Source of the DNA: Lama glama
Lineage: Eukaryota
Length of the DNA: 64,000 nucleotides
Assembly (NCBI GenBank): GCA_028534125.1
Contig: CM052836.1
Span: 4,712,001 to 4,776,000 of the forward strand
Direction of reading: 5' to 3'
Made by a program: the position numbers and the translations under genes
Shown: one piece after another, positions 26,801 to 40,720 of the stretch
Numbering within the stretch: position 1 is the first letter of the stretch
Layout: each line of letters begins with the position of its first letter
The notes under the pieces: model-generated
Told to the model about the DNA's origin: nothing
The model's input: only the letters and a program-made list of their open reading frames with translations
The model's database searches: none

Positions 26801-29172
26801 TTGTCCATCCACCTCCAGTGAGTCTGATAAAGGCCGGAAACTGGGCTGTTAAGGATTTTCCTCCTGGTGCCCATATCAGCCCAGGTGTAGACAGAAGCTC
26901 CCGGGCCTTGCAGCTGCTAAAAAGAGGGTCCTGTTTCTCCAAGGCCAGCCCTCTCTTTCTGGGCCCACTGATTCCCCCGGCACAGAAGGTCTCTGTTGCT
27001 AAATCTGTTTGCTAGGTGTTTTGAAGGAGGATGTGTGTGAGCGGTGTCCTTAGAAACAAGGCTGAGCTATTACCCAGAAGAAATAGAAGCAGGTCAGGAT
27101 AGAAGCAAGGATTGGATCTGGTTGTCATTATGCCATAAATACTCCATTGGGATCGAGGTGGTCAGTAAAGGGGTTAAAAACCTAAAGAATGAAAGAGAGA
27201 CCTGAGCGTTCTCTTTTCATGCCATTGTGTTTAAAAATGGTTTCTCCTTGAAGCTTGGCTTCTCAGACAATGACTGAATTAATGCATATGTATTTATGCT
27301 GGCCAGGAAGCGTGAAGCGTTAAATGAACTTACTTGGAAAATGACTGAAGATTTATAGTTAGCCCTTAGAGCCTTGAGGATGTCAGTTACGCAAATGACT
27401 TTTCATTGTAAAAACTGTAAAATAACCATAAGGAATACACTGGCAAGCTGGAGGGACTCCTAGCTCCTTGGCCTCCAAAAACGTCAAGTTTCAGAGGGAG
27501 GGAGAGGAGTTGGCACTGCAGGGTGTGACGATGTGGTCTGAATCGGCCCCGTTTTAGGTAGTTCATTTATCCTTGGAATTAGCGCTGTTCCCTCCAGAGA
27601 CTTCTGAGGGTGGGCTGGCTGGGAATGTTTCCTCTGACCTGGGGTAGGAGTTCTCGTTTCAACCTTTCCTTGAATGTCTCTTTCAAGGGTCTTTCATATT
27701 TTCTGATCATCTAGTCATAGGGAAGTTTCTGAACTTCTCTTTCAGACCCTAAGAAATGAAAGGGAGCTGCAAAGCCGGGCTTTTACTAGAAGTTGCTTTA
27801 AAAATTGGAACTAGATTTCTGATCCTCCCTGGGCGACCAGCGTTTAAAGGACAGGGAGAACCTTTGTCAACCCAGAACTTGAGCATGGAGGGCAGGGACT
27901 GAGACAGGGAGAAACAAGGCAAAAATGGATTCTTTCTCTGGATACACACATGTACCTTTCACATTTGCATTTTGGGGTGAGTTGTAATTAGCTTGAGATG
28001 CCAGAGGCCCCACCCACTGAGTAACCCTGGGAAAACACTTCACTTGTCTGAGTCTCAGTTTCTTCATCTGTAAGATGGCAAGATGGCACTAAAACCATAT
28101 GGTCTCTTAGGAAGCCTCCAGTCCTAAAATTTCCACTCTTTGTTTGCATGGGCAGGATAACCTGGGGCCCTGTCTTTTGACTTGAAATGTTAAGCATAGA
28201 CTTACAAGCATTTCAGCTTTAAGAAGGAAGCTGAGAAGACCACCCCCCACCTTCTTGTCCTGAAATTCTCCCAGGGGGCTAAGGAGGAGAGGAGCTAGAT
28301 GCCCAAATACCATTTGGGGCCCCTGTATCCCAGAGGACCTGCTGAGAAATTATAGTTTCTTTAATTTACTGGAAACCTCCAACTCCAACACATACTGTAG
28401 ACCACTCTTCCAGACCATTTAGAAATGCTGAATGGCCACAGCCCCAGCCTGGACTCAAGGAGAGCCATGTAGCTGGATGCTTCTGGAATGCTCTGTTTAT
28501 AGCTGTCTGACTCCTTCCTGCCGAGGACCTTTTACGAGCTCACTACCAGGAAGCTGAGTCATCGAGGGGTCAGCTGGCATGGCCACGGTCACCCAGTGTT
28601 GCCAGCAGCAGAGATGGGGTGAGCCCAGACGTCCCGGGCATTTTGGGGGAGTGTTGGTGGGAGCGGCTGGGTTGAGGGGGTGGCGCTCCTCACCTTGGGA
28701 GGTTTCTTGCAGCTGCTCCCCTCCTGGTGACGGGAACCCCATCCCTTTCAGATTTGGCTGTGAGAAAGCTTCTCCTGTTTCCTTCACCCCATGTCTTCCT
28801 CCCCTTCTGTCTTCTCCATTCACCAATCCAAGGCAGGAGATCAGGACCGAATGGAACGAAACATCGCGTGGAGGGTAAAATGACCAGCCTCTGCCACCGT
28901 CTCCGGGGGTCAGCACGGGCTCTGTGCTGTGCTCCTGGTACTGAGCAGGCTACAGTCACACCACGTTCCTCAGGCCTCTGTTCACATCCCACCTGCCACT
29001 ACCTGGGCCCCCAGGTGGCCCGTCTCCTGTGCATCCCCAGCCTGACTCCCCTGGGCTTCTGGTCTCTGCCGCAGAGTCACTTCCAGGACCCCTCCCCACC
29101 CCAAATCTAAATGAGGTCCCCTGCCTTGGCTGTCAGAGCATCTTCCCTTTCTCCTTTGCTTCAGGATATTTA

Positions 29173-29313
29173 TAATTTTTTTAATTTTTTGCAGGGAGGA
29201 GATAATTAGGTTTATTTATTTATTTGATTTTTCAGTGGAGGTGCTGGGGACTGAACCTGGGACCTCAGGCATGCTAGGCATGTGCTCCACCACTTGAGCT
29301 ATACCCTCCCCTC
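29173..29313 (-). mobile_element. tRNA-derived SINE (vic-1-like) with 16-bp TSD
   Basis: Antisense A and B boxes. TSD tgcttcaggaYattta at 29157-29172 and 29314-29329. Confidence 0.9.
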
Positions 29314-31098
29314 TGCTTCAGGACATTTAGAGTTGGTAATTTTTTTATGTGTATGACTTTTGGTTTATTCCTCCCCTCCCCTCCTAGACCATGAACTCCT
29401 TGAAGGCAGGGACCCTCCTGGCTTCGTCCATTCCCAGCAGTGCCCTGTTTATGTAGTGGGGGAGAATTTTTTTGTAGAATGAGACTCCTGCGGTCTGGCC
29501 ACTCACTCTCATCACCAGCACTAGTCTCCTCTCCCTTCTGGAAACCCTTCTCGTTCAGCCGGCTTCCGTGTAAATCATACACCTGAGCTCTTTGTTTCTG
29601 GGATGAGGGTTTAGTCGGCATGAAGTCTCACCCACGATGGAAGGTTCCTGCCATTCCCTTTGGCACCCGGTGAAACTTAAAGATAGCTCTCCCCAAACTT
29701 AGGAAATAACGCGTACGTGTCAAAAGCTGTCCGTGCACGTGGATTCTGGAGTCTTCAGGATGTTTCCTGTGGTGTCTTTCCCCGATACTCTTAGAACATC
29801 AAGCCCGGCGTTTCTGGTCTTTTGTCATTTGTCTGTGATTATCTGGTGTCAAGGGCGCGTGAAGACAGTAGAAGACCCCCTCCAGCTGTGACCTGGCCCC
29901 GCCTACACGGAAACCACCCAGCCTTATGGAGATGATTTGACAGCCGCGTCTGTGGGAAAGCTGGCTTTGCTAACGTCTGGGAAATTTACCTGGGACACCT
30001 ACTTTAACACCTACGTTGACCGCTAGTGTTCCCGGAACTCTGGAGCCCAGCTCTCCTGGGGGTTATGTCCTGGGCCCTTACCCTGTGTGTTAGACCCCAG
30101 AAGATGTGAGACGCATCTCACTGAGGACACATGCTCAGCCTGCAGACAGCCGTTTGGGGAGGAGAGTGCACCTGGGACTTAAAGTGTCTGCTTTGTGTCT
30201 GCTTGTGGGTGCAGTGTAGTGTGCCTCTGACTCCATGGTGATCGCTTATCAAGTGTCTGTCCTGTGAAGGCACAGTGCTGGGCCACTGGGCTCGCAGTGG
30301 ACCAGGCTGCCCCTTCCTTGGCGTTTCTCTCAGACTTTAATGAGAGACAGATGCACGCAGACACGTTACCTGATGTAATTATTAGCAGAGGAATGAGCAA
30401 GAGAAAGCTGGCGACAGGACAGCTTTGAAAAGGCTCTTCTTCCCGTGGATAATAGGCTGTTAGTGGGGCACGCTCAGGAAGGTGTGGCCTCTGTGGAGGG
30501 TGTGGAAGCCGGGCTTGCAGAAGCTGGCAGGACCACACTTGACTTGGGAACCGTGCACGGGGTTTGCGAGGTGCCTAGCTCCCTGAGCCTGTCCAGGGTG
30601 GATTCCAAGAGAGCTGTCACCCACAGCACCTGGGGGCCCCCTCCGCTCCCTGGCTCTGAGGGGAGGCAGGGCCTCGGAACCACTGGCACCATCACCCAGT
30701 CTCACAAGTACAAATGTTTGGCTGGGTTTCGGCAGCTACCGCCACACCTGAACGAGTGCAGTACTGATTCCCGGGGTCATATCTTAGGGGCTGGCACAGG
30801 CTGAGTGAGGCGCACTGGACAGGGAAGCCCCGCCAGGGACCGGCACGTGGAAAGGATGCCATCCCAACTCTGCATCTTAAGCCTTTCTGCCTTCCGTCCA
30901 AGGGCCCCTCGGCTGGCCTTCCAGGTGTTTCCTTCCAAGGCAAGCTCTGGAGCCAGAAAGGTTGCTGGGTCCAGGCGATTATGCTGTGCCCTTGAGACCC
31001 CTGGGTGCCTTCATCCAAACAAACAAACAAACTACAAAGCAAAACCTGCTCTCCCGGGTGCTCAAGGAAACCTCAGGGAATCATTTGATTATGACTGG

Positions 31099-31456
31099 GT
31101 TTTATTTTATTTTAAATTTTTATTTATTTATTTGTTTGTTTATTTATTTTAACTTTTTTTTAAAATTGAGTTATAGTCATTTTACAATGTTGTGTCAATT
31201 TCCAGTGCAGAGCACAATTTTTCAGTTATACATGAACATGCATGTATTCGTTGTCGCATTCTTTATCGCTGTGAGCTACCACCAGATCTTGTATACATTT
31301 CCCTGTGCTATACAGTATAATCTTGTTTATCTATTCTGCATATGCCTGTCAGTATCTACAAATTTCAAACTCCTAGTCTGTCCCTTCCCACCCTCCCCCC
31401 TTGGCAACCACAAGTTTGTGTTCTATGTCTATGAGCCTGCTTCTTTTGTATTTATG
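31099..31456 (-). mobile_element. 5'-truncated L1 3' UTR with TSD
   Basis: T-rich tail on the left, antisense L1 3' UTR, and identical 15-bp flanks tttgattatgactgg at 31084-31098 and 31457-31471. Confidence 0.9.
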
Positions 31457-31527
31457 TTTGATTATGACTGGATTTTAGACTATGATTTCAGAAATGCATG
31501 TGGAATTAGCTGTTGATTGGATTTAGG

Positions 31528-31891
31528 GTTTTTTTTTTTAAATTGTGGTTAAAATACACATAACATAAAACTTGCCACCTTAACCTTTTTTCAGTGCACA
31601 GTTCAGTAGTGTGACGTACATTCACTTTGTTGTACATTTATACATCCACCACCACTATCCATCTCCAGAATGTTTCTCATCTTCTCAAATGGAAACTTTG
31701 TACCCATCAAGCAATAACTCCCCATTCCCCCTAGCCCCTGGCATTCTACTTTCTGTTTCTATGAGATACTTTCTGTTTCTACGAGATAGTTCATGTTAAG
31801 TGGAAGCATGTAGCATTTGTCTTTTTGTGGCTGGGTTATTTCACTGAGCATAATGTCTTCAAGGTTCATCCATGTTTTAGCATGGGTCAAA
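31528..31891 (-). mobile_element. L1M-type 3' UTR fragment running into gap 31892-32205
   Basis: aaatacacataacataaaa...acagttcagtagtg...tttcactgagcataatgtcttcaaggttcatccatg. Confidence 0.8.
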
Positions 31892-34800
31892 NNNNNNNNN
31901 NNNNNNNNNNNNNNNNNNNNNNNNNNNNNNNNNNNNNNNNNNNNNNNNNNNNNNNNNNNNNNNNNNNNNNNNNNNNNNNNNNNNNNNNNNNNNNNNNNNN
32001 NNNNNNNNNNNNNNNNNNNNNNNNNNNNNNNNNNNNNNNCCNNNNNNNNNNNNNNNNNNNNNNNNNNNNNNNNNNNNNNNNNNNNNNNNNNNNNNNNNNN
32101 NNNNNNNNNNNNNNNNNNNNNNNNNNNNNNNNNNNNNNNNNNNNNNNNNNNNNNNNNNNNNNNNNNNNNNNNNNNNNNNNNNNNNNNNNNNNNNNNNNNN
32201 NNNNNCTTTTTTTTTTTTAAATATAGGTGTCTTTAAACTGCAAGTAGTCCCGATGTTTGTTTAGTAGTGTAGATTTCCCTTCCCCTAAATAAAACACGCC
32301 CCTAAACATTTGTATTTCAAAGGACTCTTTACTGGTTTTAAAGATTTAAAGTGTTAGAGGCCAAAAAGCGCCTCCTTGGAGACAATTCACTTCATTTATT
32401 CATTAGGCAGATATTTGCAATTGTAATTGATGGGTGAACAGAGCAGAAGAGATCTCCCAAGTCTCGAGTCTCGGGTTTACCTGCTGGTAGAAGCTTGTGT
32501 TCATGCCCATCTGGGTGAAGTGATTGCTAGGAGTTCCTTGGGGACTTGGTGGGGAAGCTGGGGATGGGAGTTGAGGTCTTGTGACTTCCTGGAACAGGGC
32601 TCTCACTGGTCTGTCATGCTCGCATTTAGGTGCACATTTTGGGAGGTTCGCCCCTGTTTGGGAAAGTGAGACACACTCCTGGTGGAAATATCTGTGCCCT
32701 GTAGCACCATGTGGATTTACCCCCAGAATCCAAGGGCCCTGAGAGACTGTCCACACCCACAGGTGGAGGCGCAGGTCCTGCAGGGTGACTGGGGGACACT
32801 GGAGAGGGACAGGACCCAGGAAGGGCGCCCCCTGCCAGGTCCTGAGGCTCAGCTTGGCCCCATCTGGCTGCTGCCCTGCAGTTCAGAGGGTGGCGAGTCC
32901 CTGGGCATTGGGGAGGGCCTTTTCAACCGTGGTGACCTTGCAGAAATGGGTGCCAATCACCAGTGCCAAGGAACTTTGGCACTTAAGGGCCCGGCCCCGG
33001 ACTTCAGCCCCAGTCAAAGGTCTCTAGCACTGCGCTGGGCTCTGAGCGAACTTCCTGTAGCACTTTCATCTTGGACCCTTTGCACCGGTGTAAACTGACA
33101 CCAGTGATTCCCCTCCCACCTCTCTAGCCGTCCAAGGTCCTTTGTTACATAATCCGGATTAATGGCAGCAGCCAGGCCCATCCATTTAGCAGTGGGGAGC
33201 GAAGAAGGGCGATTGTGGAAGTGGGGTGGTAGGAGGGACGGAGCCCCTTGGAGGCTGTTGTTTTGCAAGTCCCCTCACTTTTCTGGGCCTGCTTCTCTTC
33301 TGTTAGGAGGAACAGTGAACTGCAGGGCCGTGGGGGCCGTCCTGACGGTGACTCAGGCCGTCTAGTCTAAATAGGCAGCGACTGGGGGAGGCTTGCTCCC
33401 GAGCCGGGGCGGGCCCTGGAGGCATCATCCTGAAGGGAGTGAGACTCTTAGGAGGGAATTAGAGGCAAAATGACATCTGCCTAGAAATTTGCTATTTATC
33501 AAAAAAAAAAAAAGCATAAATAGAAGCACCAGACCCCGGGCAGAGGGCTCTTCACTATTTCCTTTAATCCTCACAGAGACCAGGAGGTGAGTGCCCTGTT
33601 TACAAATAAGGAGACAGGCCGGGAGAGATGGAGAAACCTGTGCAAGGTGCAAAGGTGCGAGGAGGAAGGAGCAGGCGGGGGGCCCAGAGCCTGCCCTGCG
33701 GGCCGGGGTGGGTCTGGACTCCAGTGGAAACTGGCTGCCTCCCATCTGGCGAGCCTCCTTCTGGTCAGAGGGGTTGGGGTGGGGGCTCCATTCCTGTCCC
33801 TTCCTTGTGAGGTGGTTAAGAACTGTGGCCTGGAGTCCCTAGTGCCCCGAGGCTGGTGGCTTCCTTTTGGGACCCTGGGGTCCTATTCTGTAGTCTGATG
33901 ATTCAGTTCAAACCTGTAATGAGGTCCTTCCGTGCCAAACACCTACTCATGAGCGAGCCGGAAAAAATACCCATGCGTTCTCGGCAGGATTCAGCTGGTT
34001 TTGGTGGTAGCTCTTAATGATGTTTCAAAGCCGTGTGCATTAACACGGGTGGTGGTCCAGGAGGTGCTCTTGCTGGGGCCCTTCTAACAAAATTCCAGGG
34101 ATGCTAATTCTACTGAGCACCTCCTATCCTGCACTTGACCTGCTTACGTTTTCTCATTTATTCACTGCAGGAAGCATGTGAGGGCAGGGAACAGCAGTGC
34201 AGAGAATTTTAGTAACTTCCCCAACTGTGCACAGCTCAAAAAGGAGATCGTTGAGGATGGGGACGTCTTTGTGTCCCTAGGTCCTAATAATGGCGTCTGG
34301 CATGGAGTCGGAGCTGAGAATGTGATGGCTGAGTGAAGGGATGAACGTCAAACCTCAGGGACTGTCTGAGCATCGGGTTGGGGGTTGATTGAATGAGGTT
34401 TATTTGAGATTCCGTGATGGGGATTCTCAGCAAAATGTGGTTGAAGGATGGGGAGATGGGTGGGGTCTGGGCATTGGAGCGCTGGCCGGTCCTGGTGCAG
34501 TGGTGACCAGCTCTGGGAGCTTGGGCAAGTCACGCAGCTGTTTCCCCAGCAGCCGAGGAGAGTTGAGGGTGAGCTGGGTGGGTGGCAGAACTCTGAAAGC
34601 AAACAGAAGCCCAGAGGGAGCCCCCCACCATGCAAAACGGGTGGTGGGGGAGCCCCCGGGGCTGAAGGAGGGAGCGGGGGCTTTGGACTCTGCCTCTCCT
34701 GCACGCACCCCTGTGCTTCCGTGGCGCTTCCACAGGGACCCGTGTATTAAACGTGCTCATCAGTGTGGCCCTGTGATGCTTCAGCGAGTTTGCCTATATG

Positions 34801-36849
34801 CCAGGAACAGAAGCACTCTGGAGAATCAGGTATTTCTCCCGCTCTGCCTCTGACATCTTGGCCTTACTTGTAGGTGGGGTGGTTTTAAGCCAATGACATA
34901 GACAAGGTGGCTGAGTCAGGGGAGGCCAAGCGAGTTAAATTCTTTCTCGCAGCCGGGCTGTTGGAGCAATCAGTCTTAGCCTTTGAATGTGGTTGGAGTG
35001 CCAGGCTTCCGTCAGTCACGGTGCCCTTCCTGCCCACAACCTGGGTGGGCGAATGGTTCAAAGGCTTTTTGAGGAGAGAGATGGGTTTGTATTGAACCAG
35101 CAATTCTTAGCCAGTTCTGTTCGAGACCAGCGGCCAGGCTGATGGTCAGGGTTGGGAACCAGTGATGCTGTGTGATCTCCAGGGGTCGGGGCTCTGACTG
35201 CCTGTAAGTATCGGGCTAGGCACAGACCCCCGACACCCCTCCCGCACCCCGACCCCCTGCCCAGGAGCTGCATGGACTTAACCAGTGAGGATTTAGGTGA
35301 CTTTGACATCAGGCCTACTCCCTCTTTAAGAGGTTGGGCACGGGAGGTGGTGTGCCCGTGACTCAGAGTAGTCATCAGAGACGAGAGAAAAGCGGGAGGT
35401 CTTTGGTGACCCAGCCCACCTTTTCACGAGAGGTTTGGTAGCCTGGTGGTTAAAGGTGTGGCTCTGGAGCCAGACTGCCTGGCTTCCGGTGACCTTGGGG
35501 CAAGTCCCTTATCCCCTGGTGCCTCAATTTCCTTGTTTATAAAATGGGGGATAGTTAGCTGCTAATGTTACTGTTTAATTATCATAATTATTGTGTGAAT
35601 AGAGGCATTGGGGCTCAGAAAAGTAAGCCGATTTGCCTACGGCCATGCAGTCCTGAGTGCCAGCCGTGGGACTGGGACACAGCGCAGTAGCCCTGGCTGG
35701 TCTTACTGGAGCCCTGCAAGGTGGGGAGGAGGGACCAGTGGCTCAGGCGTCCCCTCCAGCCCACTGCTCTCCCCGCCCTCCCGTCTCCCAGTGAGGTCTC
35801 CAGTCCCACCCATGAAATTCCAGTGTTGTTACCTGGAATCTTGGGAATTTGCCCACCTGTAGAGTGGAGATAATTTAATCCTTTGGAAGGGCCACAGTCT
35901 AGTCTCTGAGTGTGTCCTGGGTCCCTGGGCCTGAGCCAGGTACGGATTCTTTCATTCCTCCTTCCTCCTGCTGTGGAATTCTCTAGAGAAGGGGAGGAGT
36001 GACCAGGTTTGGCTCCCAGGATAAAGGAATGTGGGAATGGCATCCTTGGAGCCACAGGCAAGGCTGTGAGCTGCTGCTGTGGGTGGGGTGGGAGACCCTC
36101 GTGGCATGTGGTGTTATGGTGGCCTCGCAGCCGCGGAGAGAGCTCCCGCCTGTAATGAGACCCCATGGGCTTCTGTCGCCCAGGCCTGACCCCTTCTCCC
36201 AGATGTGGGCGATCCCAGGCGCCCTGCTTACCGTGTGGCTCTTCGTAGCTTGCTTCGTCATGTGCAGTAGGTAACCACGAACAACACTTGACTGTAAAGT
36301 AAATTCCTGACACTTTAGCAAACTGTTCAGGCAGGGCCTCCCATGGTCCAGCCCCGACCTGCCTTTTCTCCCAGCAAACACTTATCGATCATACAAAGTT
36401 CGGCCACCCTCCTGAGTCTGGGGCTGCCTCTCCGTCGCACCTTCCCGCTGCGGCCCCTGCAGACCCGCCTCCGTCCCCCAGGCCCACCAGCACGTTCGCG
36501 TCCTCCTCAGTCCGAACGTTCTCTTCCTCTCCCTGCTCTGTTGGCTTTTTTTTTCTCCCCAGTAGAAGTCACACACGCACCTAGCAAAAAGGCAAACAGC
36601 ATGGAAGGGCCTGTAAGACAGCTCCGTTTCTTGCTTGAAATACTGTCCCTCTTTCCAAGGGCAGCTCAGTTGACCCCTCTTCTGGCCCCCTTTCCCGAGT
36701 CAATGTGCTGCTGGCTCTGTGGCCTGTTCCTGGGAGCCGTGGTGTTTGCTGCTGTGGCTGCTTCTTTGTGGGGCGGAGGAGCTTGGTTTTGGATGTCTGG
36801 TTGGAATTTGTTTTCTGCTGAATAATTTGTGGAAGCTCTTAACTTAGTC

Positions 36850-37182
36850 TTTTTTTTTTTTCCAACTGAAATGTAGTTGATTTACACTATTGTGTTAGTT
36901 TCAGCTGGACAGCAGTGATTCAATTGTAAGATATGTTTTTTTCAGATTCCTTTCCATTATAGGCTATTATAACATACTGAATATAGTTCCCTGTGCTACA
37001 CAGTAAAACCCTGTGATTCATCTATTTTATATATAGTAGTGTGGATCTGTTAATCCCATACTCCTCCCCCACCATCCCCCTTTGGTAACCAGAAGTTTGG
37101 TTTTTGTGTCTACGAGTCTCTTCTGTTTTGTAAATGAATTCATTTGTATTATTTTTTCGACTCCTTATGTAGGTGATATCAT
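36850..37182 (-). mobile_element. L1 3' UTR fragment
   Basis: Poly-T followed by tagttgatttacactattgtgttagtttcag...aatatagttccctgtgctacacagta...tttggtaaccagaagtttg. Confidence 0.85.
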
Positions 37183-40100
37183 CCCTTTGTCCTTAGCAGT
37201 GTCCCCTGTGCACACCCCCAAGGGGCCCGAAGCTTTCAGGAATGTGTCTGGAGAGCATGAATGACAAATGGCAGGGACCCTTGGCAGTCCAGGCCCCGCA
37301 CTGCGGAGGTGGCAGGTAACCAGGAATGCCTGAGCGTGGCTGGTCCGATGGGCAGGGCAGGTGTGACTTTGTGAACATTGAGCCCCATGGGAGATGAGTG
37401 AAAAGGCGGAGCAGGCTTGAAGGTTTGCTCTCCTGTGTGTGAACCCATTTCCTCCCACCCTCCTCCGACACTGGGGCCTCCTGAAAGCAGGGGCACTTAC
37501 TCAGGCCTGATGTAGTGCGAGGTGTGTTCCCACCACCTCCTCTCTTTCCTGTTCAGCTTTGCTGCCTGGTTTTCCAAGGAACTGGTCCTCTTGCTGCCGT
37601 CATATAGAGGTGTCGGGGGGCTTCAGAGTGCACCACCCCACCACATGCTCCCGATATGCAGTCATTCTCCCCAACGCCCCCCTCTTTTGAGGGGGAGGCC
37701 AGGACTGCCTTTGAGGAGTCCTTTTTCTCTTGCTGGTTCTTAATATGTAAACGGATGGAGTTTTCCTTTCGATTAGAAAGACAGAGACAAAGTATATTCT
37801 CCCTAGGGTTACACTTTTGCCCTTTAGGAGATGTAAAAAGACGTGATTCAGAATTTTGAACTTGGGAATAAACTTTGATGTGCCTTGGAGTGCCGAAAAC
37901 AGCGCAGTTCCCATTAAAGGATTTTCTGCCTTGCTCCGTTCCTGGTTAATGGGAGGAGAGTGATGCTGGATGATGTCCCATGCCTTGTTTTTTTATTATT
38001 CCTGCATGCATTTTCAAAGGGCCAGGACATGATTGTTGGAAGCACCATCGGGAGTCCAGCCCCTGTAATGATCGTGTGATGAGGGTGCAGGGTCCGTCCG
38101 AGTCAGGACGCTGGCTATTTTAAACTCCAAGTGCTGAAAGTTTTACTGTGTGTGCTTCCCTTGATGTGGTTTGGGTTTCTTCATCTATTGTGCGTGCCTC
38201 CTAAGGAATCTGGAAGGTGAGAGAGGGCTTTCCAAGCCCTGGATGAGGTCTGTGGCTTTGCTCCGGAAGACAATCCTTTGCCCACAAAGCACTGTGCCAG
38301 AAAAAAAAAAAAAAGCCTCTCCCCTGTGGCCTGCGTGGGAAGCGGCTCCTGGCCTGCCGTCTCTGCCCTGGGTGGCTGTTTGTGAAGCTGGAGTGTCATA
38401 AGCAGGCAGACCCCAGTGTAGCTGCACACAGTGCGTTGGATGGGCTGTGGGTTGAAATGGGCCATAGGGGGAGGCCTTACATCCATGGGTGGGTGGTTGT
38501 GGGACTTGGAAAATAGAGAGGGGGCTGGGGTCTGGCCCTGCAGCCTGGCTTAGGCATTTTATCATAGTTCAACTTAGTGATGTCAGTGCTACTTGGAAAC
38601 ACTTGGCAGAAGGAGAGAACTGACCTCACCAATTTGGTTTTTAATTCTGAAGCAGGCGCTGGTAGGCAGATCCTAATAACATTGTTTGGCGTTTTCCTAG
38701 CACTTTCTCGGTGCTTGAACCTTATTTCCGTTCTCTGGGAGGAAGTCTGGAGCAGAGATTCCTGGGCGGCCTTCTGGAGTGCAGCCCTGGTCCCTCTGTG
38801 GGAGGGGTGCCCGCCCATTGTGTTGTGCTGTTTGTTTGTTCACACCGTGAACTGGGAGCCCCGTGCGCGCCCATCCCTGCCCTGTCTCCCCATCACCCCT
38901 GCCTCCAAGTAAGAGCACAGCAGATGCATTTGAATGGGTGAATGGGTAGATTTTGCACCATCTTCTCTTAGGCCTGGAAGTGCCCCAAGTCATGGAAGTT
39001 TTTTATAGTATTACTTGGTTTTTATTTTTGAGACATTCAGCAAGAAAGGGTGGGAATCTCCAGCCGTGTCCCGGTCAGGAGGGAGGACAGTGGCCGAGTG
39101 GTGCTGCAGGTGCGGGGCCAGGCTGGGCTGCCCTCTGCAGGACCCTCAGGAAGGTCCGAGGTCTCCCTGCCAGGCTCCGCTTGTCCCCTTTTTTTCTGGT
39201 CCTGGACCAGATCTGTGACTCATTATCCACGTGATCTTGGGCAAGGCCCTTTCCCGTCCTGGGCCCCCGTTTCCCATCAGAAAAGGTGGGTGCTGAGCTA
39301 GACTTGCTCTCTGCCCAGGCCCTTGCTGCTCCTGTTATATGATCCTGTGAGCTCACCTGGGGCAGAACACCCTTTTTCCACTCACTCCCCCCTCTTCCTG
39401 TCAATAAGAGACCAGTCCTACAAGGCAGGCTTGTCCTGTTTGTGTCTTCTTAGGGCAGAATTTGAGTAAAGGGCTTGACCTGGCTGTTCTAGCCTTGTTG
39501 GGAGTTGATGGAGCCAGTTCAGCACAAATACGGTGTTTGTACCATTGGCGTGGAGCCCTGTGGAATCGCTGGTCTAGGGCTGGGGGGCGGGGAAGGGGGG
39601 ACTTGCTCAGTGAGTGGCAGAACCAGGCCAGAGACCCAGGTCTCCCGATCTCAGGGCCCTAGCACCTTCCTCCATCCTGGCCCTCTGAGAGCAGCAGCAG
39701 TTATGCAGTAGACGTGGAGTAAGTCTCCATCACTCGCAGCACCGGGCTCAGGGCTCCTCCTGCTTACTTGCAGCCCTGCCCCCTTCTCAGGCCTCATCTT
39801 TCAGGCTGTTCCCTGGGGCCCGCTCTCTGCAGGCGCTGCCCGAGGGGTCCTTCTCACACCTGGAGCCAGTCTCTGCACTTCCTGCTTCCAGGGTGTGTGC
39901 GGTCGGTCAGCTGCAGCTGTGTTTCCTCAAGTGTGTTCTGCAAGGTGTGACTGGTTATGCAGTGAGACGAGGCTTCCTTTTGCCACAAACAAACCTTGAA
40001 GAAGTGCCTGCATACGAAGGGCAACAGCCTGCTTTCCTGAAGGGCTTCCTGGCATCTTCAATATGCTAATGGGCATTGTGAATTTCCAAGAGGGGAGAAT

Positions 40101-40304
40101 GAAAATGCAGAGAACGGGAACTGACTATGAGGCAACAGGAGAGCCACGCAGCTTGGCGGGAAGCAGAAACTGAAACCCAGGACAGGAAAGGCTGTTGGTG
40201 AAATTCTCTTGTCTCCGTTTTCTTGTTTGCTTTTTAATCTTTGCCCTCTCTCTGGGCATCCTGATTTCATTTTCTTTTGCCTTCTCTCCACCCTCACACC
40301 CTGA

Positions 40305-40720
40305 CTTTTTTTTTTAATTGCAGTAAAATACACTTAACATCAAACGTACTGTCTTAACCATTTTTAAGTCTCCTGTTCAGTGGCGTTAAGTACGTTTATA
40401 TTGTTTTGCTACCATCATCACCATCCTTCCACAGACCCCTACGTCTTGCAGACCCCAAGTCCTACTCATTAAACAATAACTCCCCATACCCCCTCCCCCG
40501 CAGCCCCTGGCAACCACCATTCTGCCCGAGGGGTCTCCAGGACCTCTTACAGGTGGAATCATATACTATTTGTCTTTTCACTTAGCTTAATGTCCTCGGG
40601 TTCACCCGTGTGGTAGCATGCATCAGAATTTCCTTTTTTGAGGTGAATGATATTCCACTGGGTGGATGGACCACATTCTGCTTATCTATTCATCCATCAG
40701 TGGACACTTGGGTTGTTCCC
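40305..40720 (-). mobile_element. L1M-type 3' UTR fragment
   Basis: ttaaccatttttaagt...gttcagtggcgttaagtac...tattcatccatcagtggacacttgggttg. Confidence 0.8.
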
